Shown: in pieces, positions 10,521-19,500 of the stretch
How the letters are laid out: every line of letters starts with the position of its first letter
How positions within the stretch are numbered: position 1 is the stretch's first letter
Source: an uncultured Bacilli bacterium
Lineage (GTDB): Bacteria > Bacillota_I > Bacilli_A > RF39 > UBA660
Length of the DNA: 60,523 bases
Direction of reading: 5' to 3'
NCBI GenBank assembly: GCA_947588765.1
Contig: CANPZG010000004.1
Coordinates: forward strand, 1 to 60,523
Notes under the pieces: generated by a model
Seen by the model: only the letters and a program-made list of their open reading frames with translations
The model's database searches: none
What the model was told of the DNA's origin: nothing
Made by a program: the position numbers and the translations under genes

Positions 10521-11309
10521 ATGGTGATTATCTTGGAAATAAAAAAAGGTGATTATGTAACCCGTGATAGTTATAATAACGATATTGTTTTTAAAGTAGT
10601 TAATATTAAAAATGGTATTTTTTATTTAAAAGGTATTGAGGAAAGACTATATGCTGATAGTCCATTGGAAGATTTAAAAATTTATAATGAAGATGAAGAT
10701 AAAGAGAAAGAATTTGATGTTGAAATAAATAGTGATATGGTAGACAGAAACGAATTCTTCTTTTTGCCGCCAAAATTGTGTCAGCTGGACAGTGATGAGC
10801 AATACCTTGAGCGATGTCTAAAGTTTTATAAAAAAAATAACATCTTGGCTATTGGTAAAAAAATAAATGAAAAAAATATGCCAGAACAAGTTATGCAATT
10901 ACTCCAAGAATATAAGCCAGACATCCTAATAATAACTGGACACGATGCCTTTTATCGCAAGAAGGGAAGCATGGATGATTTAAACAATTATAAGAATTCA
11001 GCTTATTTTGTTAAAACCGTACAAGTGGCTAGAAAGTATGAAAAAAGTCATGAAAAATTAGTTATTATTGCTGGTGCTTGTCAAAGTAATTATGAGGAAC
11101 TAATCAAGGCTGGAGCAAATTTTGCATCCAGTCCTAAAAGAGTAAATATTCATACCCTAGATCCAGCTATAATTGCTAGTACCATTGCTTTAACTGAAAG
11201 AAACAAAGAAATTGATATTGTAGAACTATTAGAAAAAACTAAATATGGCAAAGAAGGTATGGGTGGATTACTTTGTAATGGCTTAATGTACGTGGGTTAT
11301 CCCAGATAA
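10521..11309 (+). CDS. yabG: Sporulation-specific protease YabG (peptidase U57)
   Basis: LDSDEQYLERCLKFYKK...YKPDILIITGHDAF...AGACQS parallels B. subtilis YabG. The start codon is uncertain because there is no clear RBS. Confidence 0.8.
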   Translation: MVIILEIKKGDYVTRDSYNNDIVFKVVNIKNGIFYLKGIEERLYADSPLEDLKIYNEDEDKEKEFDVEINSDMVDRNEFFFLPPKLCQLDSDEQYLERCLKFYKKNNILAIGKKINEKNMPEQVMQLLQEYKPDILIITGHDAFYRKKGSMDDLNNYKNSAYFVKTVQVARKYEKSHEKLVIIAGACQSNYEELIKAGANFASSPKRVNIHTLDPAIIASTIALTERNKEIDIVELLEKTKYGKEGMGGLLCNGLMYVGYPR

Positions 11310-11317
11310 GGAGAGAT

Positions 11318-11530
11318 ATGAATCTAAATATAATTAAAGACCAAATAAGTAAAAGTTTAAACAAGAAAGTATTAGTTAGTGTCTATGGTTTAAGAAATAG
11401 AGTTGATAGGTATGAAGGTACATTATATAAGATGTATCCTAATATTTTTACCATATTAATCAATGGTGAAGAAAAGAGTTTTACGTATCGTGATGTCATA
11501 ACTGGTGAAGTAAAATTAAAATATTTGTAA
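11318..11530 (+). CDS. veg: Veg family protein
   Basis: 70 aa. ..IKDQISKSLNKKVLV...RVDRYEGTLYKMYPNIFTI...SFTYRDVITGEVKL parallels B. subtilis Veg. It follows yabG, which is the Bacillus order. Confidence 0.75.
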   Translation: MNLNIIKDQISKSLNKKVLVSVYGLRNRVDRYEGTLYKMYPNIFTILINGEEKSFTYRDVITGEVKLKYL

Positions 11531-11601
11531 AATATATTGCAAAAATGAAATATTTAAAGTACAATATTAATAGAAAATGTGAATAATGTGGAGGTAGAAA
11601 A

Positions 11602-11868
11602 ATGGAAATTACAAAAGTTAAAGTTCACAAAGTTGAAAGAGAAGGATCTCGTATGAAAGGATATGCAACAGTAACAATTGATGATTGCTTTGTAGTAAGA
11701 AATATCCGTATTATCGAAGGTACTGATAAGTTATTTATCGCTATGCCTAGTCGCAAAATTGCGGAAGATAAATACGAAGATATCGCTCATCCAATTAATG
11801 CTGAAACTAGAGCAATGTTCGAAGAAAAAATTCTTGAAGAATATAATAACCCAACTGAAGAAGAATAA
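11602..11868 (+). CDS. spoVG: Septation protein SpoVG
   Basis: MEITKVKVHKVEREGSRMKGYATVTIDDCFVVRNIRIIEG..LFIAMPSRK...DIAHPINAETR is the highly conserved SpoVG sequence. Confidence 0.95.
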   Translation: MEITKVKVHKVEREGSRMKGYATVTIDDCFVVRNIRIIEGTDKLFIAMPSRKIAEDKYEDIAHPINAETRAMFEEKILEEYNNPTEEE

Positions 11869-11883
11869 AAATTATATTAATTC

Positions 11884-11915
11884 AATAATCTCTTGCAATA
11901 GAGATTATTTTTTTG
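11884..11915 (+). terminator. Rho-independent terminator after spoVG
   Basis: AATAATCTCT-tgcaat-AGAGATTATT followed by a T-run. Confidence 0.7.
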
Positions 11916-11995
11916 CTAAAAATAATTGTCATTTATTTTGAATTTAAGAATACATTATTAGGTAGTGATAATGTATTTTTTATGGAGGCAATTTT

Positions 11996-12364
11996 ATGTA
12001 TACAAAATTTTTATATTATGGCAAGAATGCTGATGATAGAATTTTAATAGGTGCTAGGATGGTATTTGAATCCAGTGATGGTATTAAAACCCAAGAAGTT
12101 TATATAGGTTCTGCTTTTACTTTAGAAGAATTTTTACTCCAAAAGGATAATTTAAATATTAAATCCGATACTAATTTTATTAAAGAAAATTTTTTTAAAT
12201 CTAAAGCTGATAAAATAATTTATTTTAGTAATTTAAAAAAGTTTGGTTTTATTAATGGAGATGATATTGTCGTAAATAATAAAAGTGAATTATTATATTT
12301 AATTGATAGTTTTGCAAGTAAAGATACTTTTTCACGTAAAAAGGTTAATAAGAAAGATAATTAA
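11996..12364 (+). CDS. Hypothetical protein (122 aa, no recognisable motif)
   Basis: An ORF with GGAGG upstream and codon usage like its neighbours. I recognise no homology. Confidence 0.4.
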   Translation: MYTKFLYYGKNADDRILIGARMVFESSDGIKTQEVYIGSAFTLEEFLLQKDNLNIKSDTNFIKENFFKSKADKIIYFSNLKKFGFINGDDIVVNNKSELLYLIDSFASKDTFSRKKVNKKDN

Positions 12365-12392
12365 TTCATATATTATTATAGGAGGACATGCT

Positions 12393-12674
12393 ATGGAAGA
12401 AAAATTAAATTTTGGTAGTCAAGAATTTAGAATGGTTGATAGAGCAAGTGTCGCTATAAGTGGGATAAATAAAATAATTAGTTTTGATGATGAAGAGTTT
12501 TTATTAGAATCCGTTATGGGTAATATTCACCTAAAAGGACAAGGCTTAGAATTATTAAGATTAGATACTAATGAAGGTAGTGTAAAAATAAAGGGGAAAA
12601 TAAATAGTTTTACTTATCTAGATGGCAAAGAAAAATTAAAAGAAGATTCTTTCATAACTAAGTTATTTAAATAA
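12393..12674 (+). CDS. yabP: Sporulation protein YabP
   Basis: GGAGGA RBS 6 nt before ATG 12393. ..VAISGINKIISFDDEEFLLESVMGNIHLKGQGLELLRLDTNEG parallels the YabP family. The stop overlaps the yabQ start (ATAATG). Confidence 0.8.
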   Translation: MEEKLNFGSQEFRMVDRASVAISGINKIISFDDEEFLLESVMGNIHLKGQGLELLRLDTNEGSVKIKGKINSFTYLDGKEKLKEDSFITKLFK

Positions 12675-12979
12675 TGGATAGTATCTTACAATTAAAAACA
12701 TTAATTTTTTCTTTTGGTTTTGGTTGTTTGTTCTTTCTTTTGGCTAAATATAATATGTTTTTAATTAAAGATATGAAGTTAATAAAAAAATATTTAATTA
12801 CTTTAATTTTAGTAGTTGATAGTGTATTATTGTATGTTTATTTAATGTTTAAAATAAATCATGGTCAGTTTCATATCTATTTTTTCTTAAGTGTCGGTTT
12901 AGGTTTTTGGCTAATGTATGGGATGTATCCTAAAATGAAAAAGTTAGTTTATAAGTATTTAAAAAAATTAAAATTGTAA
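12674..12979 (+). CDS. yabQ: Spore cortex biosynthesis membrane protein YabQ
   Basis: 101-aa protein with 3-4 TM segments, translationally coupled to yabP. The call rests on position and topology (yabP-yabQ-divIC). Confidence 0.6.
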   Translation: MDSILQLKTLIFSFGFGCLFFLLAKYNMFLIKDMKLIKKYLITLILVVDSVLLYVYLMFKINHGQFHIYFFLSVGLGFWLMYGMYPKMKKLVYKYLKKLKL

Positions 12980-13006
12980 AATTATGTAAATATATAAAAA
13001 GAAGAG

Positions 13007-13035
13007 TATTTTTAAATTGATACTCTTTTATTTTT
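13007..13035 (+). promoter_or_regulatory. Sigma-A-type promoter for divIC, overlapping the yabQ terminator hairpin
   Basis: TTGATA, 17-nt spacer, TACAAT, with an upstream TG (TGCTACAAT). The hairpin AAGAGTAT...ATACTCTT spans the -35. Confidence 0.55.
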
Positions 13036-13063
13036 TTGCTACAATTTGTTAGAAGGAGCCAAA

Positions 13064-13348
13064 ATGAGAAAGACTAAAAAGGAGAAAAAAAGACTAATTG
13101 CTATTTCTTTAATTATTGTGGGATTAATTGCATCCTTAGTTTCTTCTGTGTCTAAAGATTGGGTAAGTATTTTGGCTAATAAAAAAGAAATTGCGGAATT
13201 ATCAAATAAATATGAAAATTTATTAAGCGAAGAAGAAAAATTAAAAAGTGAAGTAACTAAATTACAAGATAATGATTATGTAGCTAGAGTTGCTAAAGAA
13301 AAGTATTTATATTCAGCTCAAGGTGAAACCATTATTCGGATGGATTAA
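13064..13348 (+). CDS. divIC: Septum formation initiator DivIC/FtsB family
   Basis: GAAGGAG RBS then ATG 13064. N-terminal TM segment followed by a coiled coil ([41 protein letters not shown]), typical of FtsB/DivIC. Confidence 0.7.
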   Translation: MRKTKKEKKRLIAISLIIVGLIASLVSSVSKDWVSILANKKEIAELSNKYENLLSEEEKLKSEVTKLQDNDYVARVAKEKYLYSAQGETIIRMD

Positions 13349-13919
13349 TAATTTCATCAATTAAACCATATTTTAATGCCGAAGGAGCATCCATAAAGTT
13401 GTCTCTTTCGGTATCTTTTTCTATTGTGGATAGTTTTTGATTAGTGTTTTGGGCTAAAATATTATTTAATTTTTTCTTTAAAGCAATAATTCTTTCAGCA
13501 GCTATTTTTATATCGGTTGCTTGACCTGATGCACCTCCCAATGGTTGATGAATCATTACCTCGGCATTAGGTAAGGCAGACCTTTTTCCTTTGGTTCCAC
13601 TGGATAATAAGAATGCAGCCATACTCGCAGATATTCCTATGGCAATGGTGCGAACATCACTTTTAATATAATTCATGGTATCATATATGGACATTCCCGC
13701 AGTTATTGAACCGCCTGGACTATTAATATATAAACAAATATCATCATGATTTAAACTATCTAAATAAAGTAATTCGGCTATAATAATACTACTTAAATTA
13801 TCATTAATTTCCCCAGTTAAAAAAATAATTCGGTCTTTTAATAACCTAGAATATAAATCATAAGCATATTCTCTATTACTACTTTTTTCTAAAATTGTTG
13901 GTATAAACATTTTCCTCAC
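13332..13919 (-). CDS. clpP: ATP-dependent Clp protease proteolytic subunit
   Basis: [26 protein letters not shown], the catalytic Ser in [11 protein letters not shown], His in MIHQPLGG, and Asp in ERDNFM. Confidence 0.96.
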   Translation of the reverse strand: MRKMFIPTILEKSSNREYAYDLYSRLLKDRIIFLTGEINDNLSSIIIAELLYLDSLNHDDICLYINSPGGSITAGMSIYDTMNYIKSDVRTIAIGISASMAAFLLSSGTKGKRSALPNAEVMIHQPLGGASGQATDIKIAAERIIALKKKLNNILAQNTNQKLSTIEKDTERDNFMDAPSALKYGLIDEIINPSE

Positions 13920-13969
13920 CTATATAATATATAGGTAAAAATATTAAAAGTTATTCAATAAATTTACTA

Positions 13970-14137
13970 TTAATTGTGTTTTTCCTTATTTTCTTCTTCT
14001 CTTTCTTCAATATACTTTTTTAATATAAATTCTATTTCTTTATTTAAACTACGATTATCTGTTTCGGATAACTCTTTTAATGTTTCATATATTTCTTCAT
14101 CTATTCTAATTAATGTTGCCACTTTATACACATTCAT
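13970..14137 (-). CDS. Ribbon-helix-helix (CopG/Arc-like) small protein, 55 aa; below the ORF-track cutoff
   Basis: My own minus-strand translation gives MNVYKVATLIRIDEEIYETLKELSETDNRSLNKEIEFILKKYIEEREEENKEKHN-stop. A beta-strand followed by two helices is the RHH pattern. GGAAT/AAAGGAA lies upstream, and the gene is 24 nt downstream of the XRE gene. Confidence 0.6.
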   Translation of the reverse strand: MNVYKVATLIRIDEEIYETLKELSETDNRSLNKEIEFILKKYIEEREEENKEKHN

Positions 14138-14161
14138 TTTTATATTCCTTTCATATAATTA

Positions 14162-14398
14162 TTATTTTTCATCAAAGAATTTTTTGATATCAACACTTAA
14201 AACATCAGCTATACGACCTAGGACAGCTAAACTAAAACTTTTTCTTCTTTTTTCACTTTCAATTTCGGCTAGATAATCAATAGACATTTCAGCTTCATCA
14301 GCTAATTTTTGTTGAGTATATCCTTTTTGTAAACGATATTTTTTAATATTTTTTCTAACTATATCATAATAGTAATTATCGGTATGTTTAACGGCCAT
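14162..14398 (-). CDS. XRE-family helix-turn-helix transcriptional regulator
   Basis: HTH_3 pattern: IVRKNIKKYRLQKGYTQQKLADEAEMSIDYLAEIESEKR. AGGAG RBS ~10 nt before ATG 14398; the ORF track opens at TTG 14407. Divergent from the paralog gene at 14581. Confidence 0.85.
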   Translation of the reverse strand: MAVKHTDNYYYDIVRKNIKKYRLQKGYTQQKLADEAEMSIDYLAEIESEKRRKSFSLAVLGRIADVLSVDIKKFFDEK

Positions 14399-14453
14399 TA
14401 ATATCAACTCCTAATAATATTTTCCTATATATTAATTATTTCTTTTATGGGCT

Positions 14454-14488
14454 TATAGCACTAGACAAATATTTTATATTGTGCTATA
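14454..14488. promoter_or_regulatory. Candidate operator: 8-bp perfect inverted repeat in the divergent XRE/paralog intergenic region
   Basis: TATAGCAC (14454-14461), 19 nt, GTGCTATA (14481-14488), lying between the XRE start and the -35 of the paralog promoter. Confidence 0.3.
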
Positions 14489-14523
14489 TTTATTATGTAA
14501 AGATAGGTTAGAATTATAAAAAA

Positions 14524-14552
14524 TTGATAATACATCAAAAATGTTGTATACT
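14524..14552 (+). promoter_or_regulatory. Sigma-A-type promoter of paralog A
   Basis: TTGATA (14524-14529), 17-nt spacer, TATACT (14547-14552), about 29 nt upstream of ATG 14581. Confidence 0.55.
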
Positions 14553-14580
14553 AAATATAGATAATAAAAGGAGTAGTACC

Positions 14581-16339
14581 ATGGAAGAGCAAAATAAAAG
14601 AAAAAGTATAGTTTATTTAACAATAGGAGTATTAACTCTAGTAGCTTTAATAGCCGGAGCAACATATGCTTATTTTCAAGCTCAAACTGGAAATAATGCT
14701 GTAGCTAATTTAAATACTACAACAGGTAGTACTGATAATTTAACTTTTTCAACTGAAGGAGAAATCGAAATAAATGCCAGTGCAGATAACTTTGGCGAAA
14801 ATATGGGAGACCAAGTATCAAAGGCAAGTGCTAGTGCAACATTAATACCAAATAACACAACAAATAAGGCAAGTGATAAATATAATGTCTATTTAGTAAT
14901 AAATGAAAATACATTTGAATATACCAAAGATACAAATACACCAGAATTAATAATGACAGTAAAGAAAGATGGAGATGAATATACAAAAGTAAAAGAATTA
15001 ACAATAAAAGAAAATATAAATATTCAATATAAACAAGAAGGACAAGAAGACTTAACAAGTGAAACAATAAATGGGTATGATATAACCGAAAAAAGAGGAT
15101 TAATAAAAATAGCTGAAGGAGAAGACATAATAGCAAATGGTGGTCAAGAAATAGATAAATGGGAAATAAAGATAATATTAAGAAATTTAGATAAGGATCA
15201 AAATAAAAATACAGGAAAAACATTTAATGGCAAGATAATAATCCAAAAGGAAGATATTCCAACAAAGATATTAGATGTATGTGAACCAAATGATAATATA
15301 GCCAATTGTTTAATCAAATTACATGATGAAAGTGAATATGGAATAACAAAATTAGTGTATCATGATGAAGAAGAAGACTATAAAGGAGAAACAAACTACG
15401 AATTAGAAGCTGGAGACTTTTCTTATCGCTATAGTGGTTCAAATGAAGAAGTAAATAATTATGTTTGCTTTGGAGGGGATTGTTCTAATAATCCAAATGA
15501 AGAAGAAAAATATTCTAATTTATATAGAATAATAGGAGTGTTTCCAACAACAGCAACCAAAGATTCACCAAATAAAGAGTATCAAATAAAAATAATAAAA
15601 GCAGATTATACAACGGAAGAAGAAACGGGAAGGAGAAGGAGCATATAGCGGAACATATAGTTATGGATCGCCTTATTATCAGGGAGAAACAAGTTACTAT
15701 TCAAAAATAGCAGGATATTATTGGAATAGTACGAATACATCAAATAGTAATAATATGTGGAAAGAAAGTAATTTAAATACAGTAAATTTAAATGACACAT
15801 TCTATAACAAAATGATAGAATCATATAAAGAAATGATAGAAGAGCATGAATGGCAAGTAGGAGGTTTTGGTGCGCATGGAACCGCAAAAACAATATATAA
15901 TTTAGAATTAGGCATAGGTAAATTAACAGAACAAGATGAAAGATGTTATAATCAAGGAAATAATAGTACAAGTGCAAAAAGATTATGCAATGGTGACAAA
16001 GACATAACATATCCAGGATATGTAGGATTAATGTATGTAAGTGATTATATGTATGGAGCAACAAATAAAAGTTGGATAACAACAACAAATAACTATAGTG
16101 CAGTAAAAGACAATAACTGGTTATACATGGGATTAGAAGAATGGTTTATTTCTCGTGGGACCAACACTGGCAACTCTGCGTGGGTTGTTACTAGAGCCGG
16201 TCTTGTGTATGACGACAACTATGCTCTCTACGTGTATGGTGGCAGTCGTGGTGTACGTCCTGCCTTGTATCTGGAGTCTTCGGTAAAAATAATATCTGGG
16301 TCAGGTACAAGTGGTGACCCATACAAGCTTTCCATGTAA
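14581..16339 (+). pseudogene. Secreted-protein paralog A (SipW-like signal + N-module + shared Cys domain), split by a 1-nt frameshift near 15627-15633
   Basis: AAAGGAG RBS then ATG 14581 (MEEQNKRKSIVYLTIGVLTLVALIAGATYAYFQAQT). Frame 1 stops at TAG 15646-15648. Frame 2 is open from 15599 and continues EGEGAYSGTYSYGSPYYQGETSYYSKIAGYYWNS..., collinear with the intact 581-aa paralog at 36139 (GGEGIGAYYGPYGSESTYKGNSTYLGKVTRYYWN). Confidence 0.8.
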
Positions 16340-16452
16340 TAAATAAAAACTATCTTGAGATAATAAGTTAAACAATAAATATAAACTTAGATGTTATATA
16401 AAATAAAACGAATGAGAACTCTAATATAAACTGAATAACTGTTTGATTTATT

Positions 16453-16477
16453 AAAGGCCAAATTTGGTCTTTTTTTA
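16453..16477 (+). terminator. Probable terminator after paralog A
   Basis: AAAGGCCAAA-t-TTTGGTCTTT followed by a T-run (one G-U pair in the stem). Confidence 0.5.
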
Positions 16478-16578
16478 ATTGGTTAAAAATAACGAATTTT
16501 ATTGCTTTTTTTAGTGTTTTATATTAGAATAAATGCTACTAAAAAAATTATTTTAATTTTTGGGGGAGGTTTTGGCAA

Positions 16579-19500
16579 ATGTATAAAAAAATATGTTTAT
16601 TTGTATGTATGTTTTTATTATTACCAATATGTGTGCTAGCAAAAGATAAAATGGAATTAAATGTAGATAAAACAGATATAACTGTTGGTGATGAAATAAT
16701 TGTAACTGCTAAAGTTTCAGAAGAATTAAAAAGTTATGCTGTTATAGCTACATTAAAATATGATGAAAATGTTTTTCAAAAGATAGAAGAAACAAATTTT
16801 GATTTAGAGGATGCCGATAGTATTACTTATAATGAATACAATAATAAGTTTGGAATTATTAATAGAAGTGGAAGTATCACGGAGGATGGAGTTCTTTTTA
16901 GTGTTCGTTTAAAGGTAAAAAAAGATGCTAATGTTGGGGATACAAATATTGCTTTAACTAATATATCTTCATCTAATGGAAATGGGAAAATAAGTATTCC
17001 TTCTTGTAAAATTAAAGTTTTAATAACAAGAGATGCTACACCTGGAGAAACAATTCCCGAAAATGAAGAAAATACAATAACTGAAGATACAGAAAATACA
17101 ATTACTACTTTTACGACAATGCCAATTATATATATTTTAGGGAGCATTGCTTTAGTATCTTTAGTCTTAGTTTTAATTTTTATTAGAAAAAATAAATTAA
17201 GTAAAAAGATGATTATTACTTATATTTTATTAGAAATTGCTTTATTTGGGACTATTGTTGCATTAATTATTTCTAATAATAGTAAAAAAGATGTTAATAA
17301 TGATGGTACAAAAGATTATAATGATGCCGAAGAAATTATTAAGTACTTAATTGATATTAAAGGTAATAAAGAAGATAATCAAGATGAAGATAATAATGAA
17401 GAAAATATAACAAATGATAAAAATACTACTAATAAAAATAAGAACAAGAAACCTCATACTAATAATGAAAAACCAAAAGAAGATTTAGATACTAATAATG
17501 ATGGCGAAGTAGATATTGGTGATGTTGGTGATATTGTTGAAGAAGTAACTAAAAATACCAAAGTTGAATTATTCGAAGAAAAATATGACAATATTTATTA
17601 CGTTGAAAAAGGAGAAATAACCCTTAAATTTAAAGCTGATATTACTCCCGCGGATGTATTAATTACCAAAGTAAAAATTGATAATCAATATTATGATGTT
17701 AATTTAAATGAAAATGTATATTCCGTACAAGTAAATAGGACTATTGCGGGTAAATATGATTTTGTAATTACAGAAGTTGTTTTAAATAATGGCAAAAATG
17801 TTAAAACTAAATTAAAATTAACAAGAGAAATTTTAAAAGATGTACCTTATGTTAATAAATTTAATTTAGATGATGCTTCAAAGTCTTTATCTTTCCATTT
17901 AGTAGATGATGATAATGCCTTTATTTCAGGTATGGCAACTATTTATGCTGGTAATGAAATAATTATCAGTAAAGAAATATCAAATTTCACAGAAATAAAT
18001 GATATGCCTTTGGAAGAAGATAAAACTTATTTTGTAGAAATAGTTGGTAATTACGAGCTTGATAGTAATCGAAATGATCAAAATAATGCTTATGTAGATG
18101 AAGTAATGTTTGAACATGAATTTATGCTTGGAGGAGATTATAATTTTGAATTAACTAATTTTGGTATTACTGATGCCTTACAACCGGGGGAAAAACCAAT
18201 AATATCATTTACTAGTTCTAATACAAGAAATGCTAAAATTATGAATGCTACTTTAACAAATGATAATAAAGAAGCAAGTAATTACCAAATATCTAAAATA
18301 GATGGTAACAATTATGAAATTGTAGTGGATGATGCTGATATTACTCCTGGTAAACACACTATTTCTTTAGATGATGTTGGTTTAGATAGTTTAAAAACTT
18401 TTGAAAACAATAAAGATTATGTTACTAATACTTTAACATATACTGTTTTAAAAGAAGCTCCGAAGACAGAAGATATTAAATTAACTAGTAATCTAGAAGA
18501 AAAAGCAATTGATATTGAATTTATGTTAAAAGATCCAAACTTTGCTATTAACTCATTAAATATTGTTGTTGAAAATTCAACTGGTAAAGTAATATCTAAA
18601 GAAGAATTAATTATAGATCAATTTATTACTAATTTACTAGAAAATAAACCAATTAAAACTACAGTTTCATATGGAAATGATACAGATGGTTTATATACGG
18701 TTAAAATTCTTGCTAATTATGATTTATCCGAAAAATATAATTATACTAATCAAAATATAGGAGAAATGGAAATATTAACTCATGGCGATACTATATACAT
18801 TAGCGATATGTTTATAACTAATGATAGAAATGAAAGAACAAATAATTTATATCCAACTAAAAATGCTGGTAATTATCAATTAGCCATAACCTTAGTTACT
18901 AATGGTATTAGAGCTTATACAGCAATTGGTAGTGTAACCATTAATGGTTTAAATTATCCAGCTCAAACTATTGAAGGTTATAAGACAAAAGTTTATGTTA
19001 ATATACCTGATGAAGCTGGAGTTTTAACTTTAAAAGCTAATAGAGTATTACTTATTATTAATAATTACAATTTAAAATTAAATGATTATTATTCCGTTCC
19101 AGAAAAAACAATAAAAGTTGATGTTTTAAAAGATGCTCCTAAAATTGAAAATTTAAGTGTAGAAGAAAACTATGAACAAGATGAAGTAACCTTTGATTTT
19201 GATGTAGTATTAGATGAAAAAGCTAGTACTAGTGATGAAGATTTTAAAGATGGAAAAATTATTTTAAATGGCGAAACGCAACCAATAAATCGGGGTAAAA
19301 ATAGTGTTACTTTTAAAAATGTAGAAAAAGATACCATTTTTGATTTAGATTTTACAGCTAGTTATGATTTGGATTCCGATAATCCAGAAATTAATGCAAT
19401 AACTGGTGACCAAAATGAAAAAATTGATAATAAAATTTTTAGTGTTAAATATGGTTTATTCAATAAAAATACTTATGATAGTATTGCTATAACTGATGGT

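Noticed and set aside
10740-11200. A moderately GC-richer stretch inside yabG, for example TTGCCGCCAAAATTGTGTCAGCTGGACAGTGATGAGC.
   Set aside because: The elevation is modest and patchy and coincides with the most conserved catalytic core of a syntenic housekeeping or sporulation gene. It is weaker and less sharply bounded than the 3' patch in paralog A, so I did not treat it as evidence of transfer.
13974-14276. Plus-strand 100-aa ORF (MCFSLFSSSLSS...).
   Set aside because: It is low-complexity Ser/Phe/Leu and sits antisense to two minus-strand genes with clear DNA-binding motifs and RBSs (RHH 13970-14137 and XRE 14162-14398).
15599-15648. Programmed ribosomal frameshifting as the explanation for the split paralog A.
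   Set aside because: There is no slippery heptamer, no prfB-like internal Shine-Dalgarno plus stop context, and no downstream structure. The two intact paralogs are read in a single frame. A mutation or sequencing error is the simpler explanation.
14831-16088. Long minus-strand ORFs inside the paralog genes and other large genes: 14831-15223, 15606-16088, 16827-17147, 23348-23539, 24711-24941, 29239-29463, 36447-36749, 36866-37057, 37064-37309, 37269-37472, 56185-56391, 56621-56992, 57964-58188 and 58303-58518.
   Set aside because: Their translations are Leu/His/Tyr/Phe/Ile-rich low-complexity strings with no RBS. They arise because the purine/A-rich sense strand (GAA, AAA and AAT codons) leaves few stop codons on the complement. 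The sense-strand proteins have clear motifs and paralogs.
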